Shown in pieces: positions 48,101 to 60,991 of a stretch of 64,000 bases of DNA. Origin of the DNA: Tricharina praecox (lineage: Eukaryota); contig NW_026250404.1 in NCBI RefSeq assembly GCF_024521635.1, positions 2,294,001 to 2,358,000 of the forward strand. Reading direction: 5' to 3'. The position numbers were made by a program, and so were the translations under genes. How positions within the stretch are numbered: position 1 is the first letter of the stretch; each line of letters opens with the position of its first letter. The notes under the pieces were generated by a model. It was not told the DNA's origin, searched no databases, and was given only the letters and a program-made list of their open reading frames with translations.

Positions 48101-51100
48101 GCGGTTCCCCACGCTGAGACAGAGCTACCCAGGTCCCAGGCCACGTAGTAGCTATACCTCTGGAGGCCTGGCGGGCCGGTTCGGAATAACTACCTACCTA
48201 ATACATAATTAGCCAGTGGCCGCTGGCGTATTCACGAACGGGTGGGGAGATTCGAAGAGATTCGAGGAGGCTACCTACCCTACCTCCATATACGGTATGC
48301 CTGCTGACAACTCCGCCGGACTCGATCGCACCATGCCGTAAACAAACGACAAACAAACGGTTCCACTTGTGCTTGTGCCTGTGGTATGCTACATACTTAC
48401 CTAGCAACCAACCACCACACAGCGAAGCGGGATGAACCGCTGCGTTGCCTGGAAATGTCTGGCCACTAGGTACATAGTTCACTACGGTAGTGCGTTAAAT
48501 AGCATAGTGATGTGTCTGCATCGTTTTTGGTGTTTTATCGTTTTATCGTTTTATCGTTTTATCGTTTTTTGTTTTTGTTATTTGTTTTTCAGAGCCGGGG
48601 GGTTTTGCCCCGGATTTTCCGCCCGCACAATGTATCTATCATGGATACGATACGATGCGAGTCTGAGGTAAGCTTGTGGAAGTAAGCGTAAGCTTGTTGC
48701 GCTGAGCTGGCCAGGAATTGGCAGGAGTGGGAGAAACGACAGGTCGCAATGTGGAGTCCGGAGGCGGAGGCGGAGGCGGAGGGAGGGAGGCTAACAACCG
48801 GTTGGCCCTGGGGATTACCTAGGGATTACCTAGGGATTACTTACCTGGGATTGGGCTCCTGTCATCTTGCCATGCGACGACGAACCCCGAACCCAGAACC
48901 TAGAGCCCACGAAACATATCTGCCGAGCTCATGGCTCGTCACTCGCCAGGCACCACTGCTGGCGGCGGCGACGGATCCGGAACTGTGGTGTGGCCAGGAC
49001 GAAACAGCCATGCCCTCACCCCCGGTCAATTGGATAGTCTGGATGAAGATGCGGTGTCATCCGGTGGCGGTGGCTGGCTGGCTGGCTTCCTCTTCGCTCT
49101 TCGCTGTCGGCCCAGAAGCTGAAACTCTCCAGTTGTCAGTAGGTTTATAGTGGTGGTGGTGCGCCAGCGCCAGGGTACATCCAGTACATAGGTGAAATAT
49201 CCCTACTACCTATCCCTACTAACTGCCCAGGTATAGCAACAGGGTCGGTCAGTCGCGGGAGTGTTTGTCCCCCCGTCCCTCCCTCCCGTTCCACCCCTCG
49301 TGTTCGTGCGGCGTGCGCCGGGGAAAAGTAGAGTTGGCGGGAGTGGGGGCGGATGCGGGCGGGAACATCATCAACACCTGCTTTTTTCAACTCCATGTAT
49401 GTACAGAAACGGGGTGTTGCTTCCCGTGACAGTTGTTCCGCAGCTACTCTACAGTCCCTTGTCTAGCTAGGTAGGTAGGTACTGGGGAGGTATTAGGTGG
49501 GTGCTCTGGATGTGCTCTGGATGTATTTACAGTACATATGATATGGATGTATATAGGAAGTATGATATGTAGCCACTGCGGTTGATTCGTTTGGTCGGCA
49601 CACATCCTATCGTATGTAGATTCGTAGTAACCAAGCAGGTAACCAAGTAACCAAGTAACCAAGTGCCCACCCAGCTTTGTACTAGGCCGCATGATATCTG
49701 CATGCCACCACACAGACATGGGAGGGGTGGGGACGACCGTGCGAGGGGTGCGAGGAAAAGAGGCGGCATCCATGTACTCGTAGTTAGAGTAAGTACCCTT
49801 GCGAACCACCCTCACCACCACCACCACCACCATCACCGGTCCACCACCACTGCATGCATGCAGACGACAACTCATGCGAACTACCCACCTTCACCACCAC
49901 ACACACTTCTGGTTACCACTGCCACACACACCACGCGCACCACCTCACCGGAACCACCACCACCACTAGTAGCGTAGCCACACACATACCAATGATGCCA
50001 TGGTAATGCCGCCGCCGCCGCCGACGACGACGGACGATCTTGGTTTTCACTCCCCTCCGTGGCTGGGCAGTCCCGTGCGGGGAGGCAGGATCGTGAGACA
50101 TCGTTCTGCTCCGGCTTGGGAGGACACAGATACTTATCGACACGTAGATATAGTAGAGATTGATTCGCACCGCACCGAGGTCCGAGCCGGCGAGCCCGAG
50201 AGACACGGCGGTAGGGTAGGGCTCCCGTCTCACGACACGCAGAGTCCGTATGTCTCGCTCGGAGCGGGAATTCGAGCCGTCCACCCATCATCTCTACCAT
50301 ATGTACCCGTCGTGGCTCCCGGTGGAGCATTCTCATATCACATCACAAACATCACAACATCACATCACATCACATCTGTAGAAACGTCCTCTGTATACGC
50401 CCTCGCCTTCGGATGAACATCACGGCGTCCAATAGCGGCGGGCTTCCCCCCCTTCCCCCCCGCCCCCAGTTACCGATCACCAATCACATTCTCCGTGTCA
50501 ACTCACAAATCCCGCATTCTGTCGAGCCAATAGCATTGATTCCGAAGCAGAGTTATACTAAGAGAAGAGAATGACGAATGCGGTGCAGTGCAGGCCAAGA
50601 ACGCAAAAAAACGCTGGACGGACGCTGAAGAGAACGAGGAAGAGGAAGAGAAAAACAACCACCAGACGAAAAACACAGGTAGTGCGATTACATGAGGGGC
50701 TTTTTTCAGAGAAGATGCAATGATGAATTGAATGAAGGGAAGGATGCAATGCCAGAACAATAAAACGACCGGAGATCCCTCAACCCAGGGAAAAGAACGC
50801 CCTTGCGAAAGAAGCAAAAAAGCAAAAAAAAAAAAAACTAACAGATGCGCAGTTACAGCAACGTGTGCGAAAAAGCAGAAGTAAAGAAAATAAAAGACAA
50901 AAATAAGCAAGCAAGCAGGCAAACAAGCAATCAAAGTCGCAAGCAAGCAAGCAATCAATCAATCAATCCGAACAAATGCAATGCCATGCTGTGACTCGTC
51001 GCTCCGGATGGGAATCCCCCACTAACTAGTACGCAAAAAAGAAAGCAAAATCATGGAGAAAAAAAAAGCAACAATCTGTCGTAACCTCGAGCGTCTCAAG

Positions 51101-51242
51101 AAGGATGGTGTGAATGAAGTACCGTATGGAAGGTAAAGAAGAAAAGAAGAAAGAAAAGAAAAAAAACTGCCACCCGCGCAAACTGCCGCCGCCGCCCCAA
51201 CAACACCACGAACCTGAAAGAGGAAAGCCGCCACCGCTGCCA

Positions 51243-51715
51243 TCAGTGGCGAGCCTCCTGCATGGCGTGCCTCTCGATGTACTTCCAGACCATGTGCTCC
51301 GAGAGATCCTCGAGCTTCCTGACCAGCCGGCCATCCATGAAGAACAGCAGCGAGGGAACGTTGAGCACATTTCCCACGTGCTGTATCGAGGCGTCCGGCT
51401 CAATCGAGTTGCGCGTAAAGATGATGGGGCGCGGCCCGAAGCTCGCCGCGCGCGGAGACGAGGCGATGTTCCTGTACAGGCTGCCGAGGACTATCAGTCT
51501 TTTTTTTCTTCTTCTTCTTTTCCCATTGTTCCCATCCTTGGGATTTTGATTCGGGATCCTCTTCATGCGAGGCATGGATGAGATAGAGTAACTTACTCGA
51601 GGGTCCCCTGTGCAATCCCATTCTTGTAGACGTAGACCATGATGAGAGCCCGAGGGTGGTTCCCCTGCACGCTTCTCAGATGCTCATAGTTGACGATATC
51701 AAGCACGGACTGCAT
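51243..51715 (-). CDS. Small thioredoxin-fold-like protein with no cysteines (118 aa, exons 51715-51597, 51480-51243)
   Basis: ATG 51715, GTAAGT donor at 51596, CTGAT branch point and CAG acceptor at 51481 give MQSVLDIVNYEHLRSVQGNHPRALIMVYVYKNG...VLNVPSLLFFMDGRLVRKLED...*. The VP-x-LLFF-x-DG-xx-V motif matches the thioredoxin cis-Pro/beta-hairpin region. Confidence 0.65.
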
Positions 51716-53925
51716 ATCGGCAGAGAATGTGATATGATATATATGGGTAGGGAGGGGGGGGTGTATTTAGGAGTGAGGGAGGGATGGTGGGTTGATCAAT
51801 ATAAGATTTGGAGCAAAAGGTTGGTGGGGAATTGGCGTGTGGTGGGTTGCTGTACTGGTGTATTGCAGGTCGGTCTGGTTTGTGTGTTCGGAATGCTTTG
51901 GTCCAGACTGAAATGTGAGCGTTCAACTCCGAATATATAGAGGAACACTCCCACAGCGAAGCCATGGGAGCTGGCCATCCATCATCACGGAAACAGCAGC
52001 ACTCTGGCTGATGCTGCTGCTGCTGCTGCTGCTGCCAGATGCGACGCTAACCCCGCCTTCTCGGTAGGCCTAACAGACACCCCATCATGGCAGAGAGCTG
52101 GCCCTAGAGCTCTGCTCGCTCGTCGAGAGGAAAGCGAGAGCCAGGCAGTGGATCCATCCTTCTTTGCGCTCTCCTCCCTCCCACCTAAGGGCCTGCGTGC
52201 TGGCGTGTTTTTTCGATATTGGCCCAAGCTCAATAGGATTAAAGCCGTTACGACATTGCAAACAAAAAAAAAGATGGTGGCTTTCCTTCCGGGACCTCCG
52301 TACTGTGCCCCCCCTCAATAATGGGTGAGGTTTAAGCTGCTCCATCGGCCTGAGTGGGGGGGGGGGGGGGGGGGTGGGGCGCTCGCTATCGACACCAATC
52401 GTTAGGCGGCTCGCCAGGCAATATCCCCGCTGCCCTCCGTCCAAGGCGGTAGGGCCATCGCTCCTCGAGCATTTCCTTGCTCTGCGCTGCTTTTCTCTGC
52501 TTTGCTTCTGCTTCTGCTTCTGCTTCTGCCTGCCCTGCTGCTTGCCCTGCTGCGTGCTGCGAGCTGCAGTGACAGATGATACAGCAACTCTGTCGTGCGC
52601 GGCGCATTGCAGTAAACAGATGAATATGCACAGGACGGATGGAGTTTAGAAGTGAACAACGCCGCTCTGACAATTGCCAAACGGTGAAACAGCTTGTTTC
52701 CTGAGCGTTTATCGACAACGACGACGGCACTAGCGAACCGATGCCCTGGGCCTCGGAGGGCAGAGACGGAGAGACACATGAGGCGTTGCCCCTCGGCCAA
52801 TGGTAAGCTTGAGGGGGGGCCAGTCATAAAAAATGCAGCATCGTTGACAATTGTCTGCTTCGGGGCGAAGAATATCGTAGCTCGGACTGGGCCACATCAC
52901 TTGCAGTGGAAGTAGGCGTTCTAGGCCGCATGAGCTGTCTTCATGCATTGCAAACCACGTCCCTGCAAACTCAGTCAGATCCGCAAGGGCGGTTCGCGAT
53001 TTACAGGCCACCATGATGTAGAATAGAGTAGAGTGGATTCGAGTGGAGTGGATTAGAGCAGATTAAAGCAGAGCATGTAGAGTAAAGTAGAGTAGAGTAG
53101 AGTGAGTGGCTGTTCGATTGGGAAGTGCGCAGCGTGAAGGGGAAGGGAAGGGAAGGGAAAGCGAAAACTGCCACGAAGAGTAGTGTCCATGTCAGTAGAG
53201 CAACTAGCGCGGTTCTGACGGTGCAATTGAGCTAAGACGACACTGACATTTTCCGGACTGCCGGAGAAATCCAGCATGTTGTGCGAGTGGGTGATCGCCA
53301 ACCAGGCCCCGGAGTATGGCCATTGGTTACCATGGGCCGGACAATTGACCTCCCCTCCTCCTCCGCAGGGCAGTTTGCTGTTAGTGGTATTGTCGCCGTT
53401 AGTGTTATTGTTGCTGTTGGTGTTATTATTGCTAGTTCTGGTCTGGTGCTGTAGTTAGTAGTAATTGGTAGTAGTAATCGTAGTTGTTGTAGTTGTTGTT
53501 GTCGTTGTTATTTTCATGTTGCTGTTGCACAGGCGACATTCGGCCTCGGGGATGCGGCATGGAGCCCTGCGACCGACCATCGTGGGCAATCCCAAGCAAT
53601 CCCAAGCAATCCCAAGCAATCCCGAGCCAATTGCCGTATGCGCTGTAGGGTTGAGGCGTGCAGAGTGCGTGTTCAGGGGAGATTCCGCAGCACGTGTCGA
53701 TTGAGGCTCTGCCGCGACTTTTCGCTCTTCCGTCCTGCTGCTCACGTCGTCGACGTCACATTCGAGCCGACGGTGAAGCGAGAAGTGCATGTTGATCACG
53801 GCAAGTAGTTTAGGTAGAGGTAGATGCAAGGTTGGGTGGTGATGGTGGTGGTGAGTGGCGGTGGGTGGGACGATACCGACCGTCGACTCTGCGATTGAGT
53901 AGTTGGAAGATGTGCAGTGGGTTGC

Positions 53926-53959
<34 letters not shown>

Positions 53960-54493
53960 CTTGGCTCACTAACCACTGCTGCATCCTGCAGAGAAAAAAA
54001 GCAACAACGAGGTTGACGAGCGACGAGCGTCGAGCTACAGACACACGAGCACGCCCACCGGGACGAAACCGTTGGCTGCAGGACATCTCGCCCCAGTGGC
54101 CGTTCCAACATCTAAAAAAAAAGCTGGCATTCATTCATTAACCACCGCCTAGTGGAGTAACGTTAGGCACAGCTGTTGTTGCTGCAGCCATCTCACCGAA
54201 CGCTTGCATCTCGGTACATCGGACCCAACTTTTGGAATCTTGCTCGTTCTGTCCTCAGCTGGCCACTGCCGGCTACGTGTTGACTGAGGACACAGCGATC
54301 CTTTTTCCCGAACCACAGGTAGAGTGGTGGGGAGCGGTGGAGCGGCGGAGTGGTGCAGTATGCTCACCACGAGAATGAATTGCCAGCTACAGCGGTGAGA
54401 GAAGGTTGCCCCGTGAACCACGAGGAGGAATCGAGAAGTCTGATGCACCATAGGCTCCAGCAGTAACACCGATCTCCTGAAGGGGCCGTTTGC

Positions 54494-55019
54494 TCACGCT
54501 GGCGGAGGGGGGTTGGGAGGAATTGATGCCAGATAGGATTTTGCGAAGGCCCCCAATAGTCGGCTCCTCACCGACTTTTGGTCATCGGGCGTTCGATGTG
54601 TAGGTAACGATCGGAGCGGACCCACGCTCAGCTGCTGCCCATGCGGAGGAAGCTGTACCAGCGGACAGCTGTTCTCTCGCAGCAAGTCGTCACTGGAAGT
54701 CGATCCGGTGGATGAAGGTGTCAATTCTCCCCCGTAATCGTCCGACCCGTCGGACAGGAAATTGCTGTCCTCTCCATTGTTTCCTGATGGTGTTTCTGGC
54801 TTGCGGTGAGAGATGTGAAGTCCGCAATATGGGAAGCAGATAGGGCATCGGAAGGCCTGGATTCGATTGGCAGGACCGCCATCCCATTTGGCAGGCTCGT
54901 GTGCTGCGAATATGTACTCAGCATTGCCCGTTAGTCATACTACTAAGCGGTGTGTCGAGATAGGATGAATATCTCCAGGATGAAGGGTTGGTCGAAATGT
55001 TTCGTATGATATATACCAT
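54494..55019 (-). CDS. Possible small hypothetical protein (two-exon model uncertain)
   Basis: A ~135-codon stop-free frame (HEPAKWDGGPANRIQAFRCPICFPYCGLH...PPNPPPPA*) follows a TCGCAG acceptor near 54904. Linking it to ATG 55019 needs an intron of only ~40 nt. No recognisable family. Confidence 0.25.
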
Positions 55020-57595
55020 GGGTACTCGACCTAGGTACCTATTAGAGTACCGGTGGCCTAACTAGAGGAATGGTTAGTACCTACGGACCAAGGAGCTCTG
55101 CACGAGTCACGGGCTCGAGTGAGTGCCTGGTGTATGCATGTACTAATGTCGGATAGAGTACGTACTTATTGACTACTCCGACCGGTATTCCGTAGGTGGA
55201 TACATAGGATAAGATACATGTCAAGAACTTCAATGCGGGGAATATTGTATTCGTCGAACAGCCGGGAAGGTTTGGGGTAGAGGTTCAGGTAAAGTACTAG
55301 GAATCTAGCATCCATCTTCCTCCTCGGTACTCTACATACCATAGGTTAACTGCCTCACCTTGGCACCGGCCTTCTGGCGGCCTAGGTACTAGATACATAT
55401 ATGCTCTACCTACTACAGCACCTATACTTAGGTGGAAGTTAGTAGTTAGTTCGCCACACGCCTCGTCTACATACCCGAACACCTCGCTGACACCGAGGCC
55501 ATCATGTACATCCTTCCTCGATCCTTTCCGGCCGTGTGTAGCTCGGAAGTTGTCCCACCGAATCGGCTGCAGACTGACCGTCCCACCAATTGGCACCCGG
55601 CCTAAGAGCAGCTCGCACTCGTGGACACACCGATCAGGGGAGAGCCGTGTATAGCATGTACACGGCAGCAACCCCATACCGTACTATACATGGGAGGGAA
55701 TACGTGGAAGCGGATATCAAGGTACCTAACCACATACTAGTTAACAATATAGTAGGTACACATAAGTAATGCGTATATAGTACCTAGTACACACAATAGT
55801 ACATACAGTACTGTATAGTACATGTGCTGCAGTCAGACGGCCGGTGGGTGACGGCCCCAGTTGCAAGACTCCAATCCCCCCATGTATGTAAGATCGCAAA
55901 GTAGATCTTCCACTGGGAAGGGGAGTGATTTCTCCCCAATTCAAGCACCGTGTGCTACATACAGTGCTACGGTACTGCACTGTTGCTAGAAAAAGGTCGA
56001 CGATCGATCGGATGAGGATCTTGAGTGTTTCAGCATGGTGGACAACGGTCAACGTGCTGTTTCAAGTTTCAACATGCGGTGAATCTACCGTATACTAGGT
56101 AAGTTTGGTAAGTAGTTAATCGCCATCCTTACGGACCTTCAAGGGAAGGGGGGAAGGGGGGAAGGGCCAGTGAAGAGGGTGTTCCCGCAGCAGAAAAACG
56201 AAGCAAAGTTGCAGGCCGAAAGCATCTCCCGTCACTGGAGATAAAACCCCCTGTGGAGAATCGATGTGCCAGCACCGAGTGGATTATTACCCAAGGACTT
56301 ACCTAAGAAGGTAGATACCTACCTTTTACCTATGCCTCTAGTTATGTACAGGATACCAGCCAAAGCGAAACACTGAATGGTATGCACACGAGTTGTCGCG
56401 CCATTGCGTGCGCCGGAGCTGGTCCGAGTGGTCGAGACTGCCAGCCGAATCGCCAGCCCGAATGTCAGCCCGTTCGGGGGCCGATCCTTCTGGCCCGTCT
56501 CGAGCTCACGAGTCACGGCCAGTGGTTAACTAGCGGATTCCCCGACGGCTTCCTCCGAGGTACATACTCCACATACATGATAATGCTCAGCGTAAAGCAG
56601 AAACACCTTTAACCATAGCACACTCTGGAAATCCGTAAATACTGTAGTATATAGCACGTAGAGTGCGTGCTTGCAAATCCTATGTAGAGTATACAGTAGG
56701 TAGCATTTATGTATGCACATCTCACTCTACATACGTGACGCCCGGATAGCTCAAGCTCCATAGCGCCTCGGAACCGGGTGTTTGGTGCAGCCGTCTTTTG
56801 CTTTCTCCGCCCTGCCCTGCCCTGCCCCACATGCCACCACCCCTCCATTTCGATCAATCAGAACAAGCCAAACAAAAAAAAGACATGCGCGCGGTCGAAC
56901 TACGGTATCCAAGTACCTACCGTCTTTACTCACTTACAGACTCACAACATCATGCAGTCCCGCGATTCGCACAGCCTCGGCCGGCGCTGCTTTATCTTCC
57001 ATGCTACTTACCTATCTGAGTACAAGTTACTTACTTGGGTACCTATTGCTCTCGTTTCGGTAGAATTATGGGGGATTATTGCAGGGATTATTGTGACTAT
57101 AACGGGCTATTATTATGGCTGACATCGTACCCGTGGGGTACTTGTCTCCCTTCGCCCTCGCGTTCACTCTTGTTGATCCCTTCATCGTCTTGCAACACCA
57201 CCTCCACCACCACCACCTCCACCACCACCTCCTCCTCTTCATACTCCTCCTCTACCTCAACCACCCAAGCCCACCCCCAGCACGCCATTATCTACGCATC
57301 CCGTACCTGGTACTCTACTGCACCCCACCACCCAACCGCATACCCACCCAACCCATCCAACCCACCACCCCCGTTAGCCATAGCTACCAATCGTCTTTTC
57401 TCCATCGCATCATCTCTGCATCCGTACCTCTTACCGTTTCCACAGTAATTAAACTCCCGGGTGCCGCGTTTCGTCTGTTTGGCCAGGTAATTCCGCCCGC
57501 GACTCCGGCCTGTCCCCGACGACGACCAAGACCTCCGCACGTCGGCCTTGTATGAGACAAAGAGAGAGAGAGAAAGAGTGATTTACCCCGCAATA

Positions 57596-59322
57596 ATGGT
57601 GCCCGCACCCTCCAATCCTTTTAGAAGGCAACAGACACCTCTACCACCGCCGCCGCTAGTCGATCATGCCCGCCGCTCACTGGAGAATGAAATTGCGGGG
57701 TCGCCTTTATCTTGGATAAACCAGAGTAGTAGCGCCGCTGGTGCTGGTGCTGCTGATGCTGCTGGTGCTGCTGGTGCTGCTGGTGCTGCTGGTGCTGCTG
57801 GTGCTGCTGGTGCTGCTGTTGGTGTTGGTGGTGTTGGTGGTATGGTGGTGGACGCTGGCGGCCCGTTGGCCGGAGTCGACGACGACGGTAATCACTTGAG
57901 GGAGTCGTTGCCGCTAGTGATTCCTCTGCTGACGACGGAACCCTGATCGGTACAGTCTTCGCACAAGCAGCTTCAGCTGTAGCTCCTGTACCAGTTGCAG
58001 AATCAGAGAAACCCTCATCTACTCCTTCCACCCTCAAGCCGCCAAACCGTGCACGGTCGTCGAAACCGCCGCCGCCCGTTGTCAACCCCCGAAAACGCGC
58101 TTCTCGCATCGAACCTCTCACAGCCGTCGCCAATACTCCCGATGCTACCACTACCACTACCTCCGCACCGCATAGCCCTGCACCACCACCGCCACTACCA
58201 GTCGAGCTGGTAGACCCATTCAATGGCGAGGAGGATGACGAGCCAGAAATGCAGAAGGAAATCGTATCGGCTTTCCCGAACCCCTTCCTGCACCGAGCCA
58301 AGTCGGTGAGCCAATCGAGGAGGTCGTCGGATATGCTACCGATGACAGAAGCCCACTCGAACTCCGTGGCCAACAGAGCACACGAAACAACCGATCGCCG
58401 GAATCGGCAGTCCTTGGATGTGGATGCTTTCAAACGGTTGATGTTGACGGGGCAGATCATGCAGGCTCCACCAATAGCTACCGTCAACGGTAGCAGCAGC
58501 TCCAATGTGTCTCTTGATAGCCGGCGATCTGTTTCTGAACCCATAGTGGAGGGGGCCAAACGCGATGAGACTGCTGTGATTGCTGAATCGACCCCTGGTA
58601 TGGCAACGCCAGGATCTCTCTCGAGATCTTCGTCTACTCGAGTGAAACCGCCGCCACCAAAACCGCGAACCCGTTCCGGTGGGAAGTCTTCGCTGTCAAC
58701 ATCCACATCTCCCTCCCAGACGACTCCATCGTCCCCCACCGCCACCACCAATCGGCCCTCTTCATTCAAAGAGCCTGACAGGCCTCATCTGCCAGCACCG
58801 TTGCCACCTCCACCACCGCCGCTTCTGTCCTCCACGGGGCCCGCTGAAGCGGAGAAGAGACACGCACCTCCATCCCCGCTCCCACCACCACCACCGCTGT
58901 CCAGACGACAGTCTGTTCAGCGGCGATCACCTGCCGCAGCGGAGAAAAGTGAGGGCATTAAGACACCTAGATCGTCAACACCATTGCCACCACCACCACC
59001 TCCTCCTCCCATGAGGAGGGCAAAGAGCGTTTCGGTGCGCACCACCGTCGGGGCAAGTGTTAAGGACGGACAATCCCCGACTCAATCCCCAACCCAATCC
59101 CCGCCGCCTCCACCACCACCTCACCGAAGATCCAGAAGCTCGATGGATGGATCCGAAAGTGCACAGAGGCCCGATGTGCACTTGCCGGTGCTAGGTGAAG
59201 AAAAGGAACGCGAGGCGATGGCGTCGAACGATATTCTGGTAGACCTACAGAATTTACAGAGGAAGGTGGACGAACTGCGAAGAAGTTACGTTCCTAATCT
59301 GGATGGCTGTCTCCCGATATAA
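57596..59322 (+). CDS. Proline-rich, largely disordered hypothetical protein with NPF/DPF motifs and a C-terminal coiled coil (~552 aa, exons 57596-57887, 57956-59322)
   Basis: Intron GTAATC...GCTGAC...CAG joins MVPAPSNPFRR in frame to the 357-aa ORF. Contains SLDVDAFKRLMLTG, several PPPPPxxR motifs and DILVDLQNLQRKVDELR. Confidence 0.7.
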
Positions 59323-59707
59323 CCAGAACCAGCGCAACAGCAGCAGTATTTCCTGTATGTGTGTTTTACAACCGTGTAGGGACATGATTGCTTTTTTGTT
59401 TGATGGAGGTTATTTCTTCAGTAAATTGTGAATTGGGTTTTGATTTCATGGTTTCAGGATTGTTTTCTTTCTTTCGTTCTCTTGGGTTTCCTTCTTAAAC
59501 TTATGGTTGGGCTATGGAGTTTTCTGTTTCTGTTTCTTTAGTACCTATTTCCTTATTTGGCTTCTGTCTGTCCTTTTACTATGACATGTCCGTCATTGTT
59601 TTCGGAGTAGGGGGGGACTCTTCGCATGGAGTTTGTGAACGCAGCTAGTCCGCCGCACTTCTGGCGCAGAGGAGGTGCTTCGAAAGTACCTACTCCACTT
59701 GCCCTTT

Positions 59708-59738
<31 letters not shown>

Positions 59739-60991
59739 TCTTCTCTTCTCTGCTACCTAGGTGCTCGGAGATTGATTCAAGCCGTTTCCAGATCGAAAAA
59801 GTGAGGAGTGAGTGGGGCTGTGACATGTGTTGCTGGATGCGGATGATGCATCAGCCCAGTGCAGCTGTGAAATACCGAGGGAACTGCTCGTGATGGAAGG
59901 TGTGTATGTACCAGAGTACATACCTTCACCATGTGGGGACCCCAACGCTGCCGTGCCGTGTATCCCGGGGATCCAGCTCCATCGGCAATTGATCACGCCC
60001 GTTCCGGAGGTTTGGTCTTCGGGCCGAGATGGGGGATGCGCCGCAGTCAACGGCCCGGGTCGGGGCGGGGATGTCGCTCTGATGGAAAAGGTACTCTAGA
60101 TAAGGCCTGGGGTGGACTGCATCCTCGTATGGACGGTGTGAGGACCGTGTCTGGGTTCAGTCACCAGTATGATAAGCTGGTGGGATTATACTTTACTCTT
60201 ATCGCGTGGGGTACCACGAGTCCACCACGGTGCCGTGTGCTACTAGAGTATATACATCATACATGAGTACCAGGTAGGCATATATCCTCGGTGATTCAAC
60301 TCCGTTACTCTGTAGATGTATCTAACGATTGACTACGCCCGTTCCGACCATCTCCCCGAGGAAGCGCTTCTACGGTTCTACCGTACCTATTCGGGCCGAG
60401 ATCATTGCCCCTGCCCCCGGCCGCGGAGGCTGGCTTGGCATCGGCCCGCGCGGTGCCGATGCCTGTGCCGGTGCTAAGATGACAAAACGGGACTGCAGAG
60501 CAGCAACTAGCTCGTGCATCGCGTGAGCTCGGCGAGAAAGAAAGAGAAAGATCTCCAACCACCCCATGCAGCCACTCAAGACTCGAGAGCCGAGACCGAG
60601 ACGAAAATCTTTCGTGCGACAGACCACTGAGACCAGACCAGGCCAGGGCAGGAATCTCAGGATATCCGGATTCCGATACCGTATCTATCGATCCGCTATA
60701 TCCGTACTACCTACATCACTATCTCCATACCTATACAAATCAATAATCTGCAGCCCCTGCGGGATTTCGTCAGTGTCAGTGTCGGTGGAGTGCGAGAAGG
60801 CGTAAGCAAGCATATCTAAGCATAAGGTACATAGGCCCATAGCTCGCTTCTTTTTTTCCCGCACGCCGCACGCGGAATCGACGCACGCGCCACATATATA
60901 CATCTATACAACCCTCGACTCGATATAGCGATATCGCGATATACTTTTTTAAACTTTAAACCGGAGAGCTTCCGAGCCGAGCCGAGTCGCG

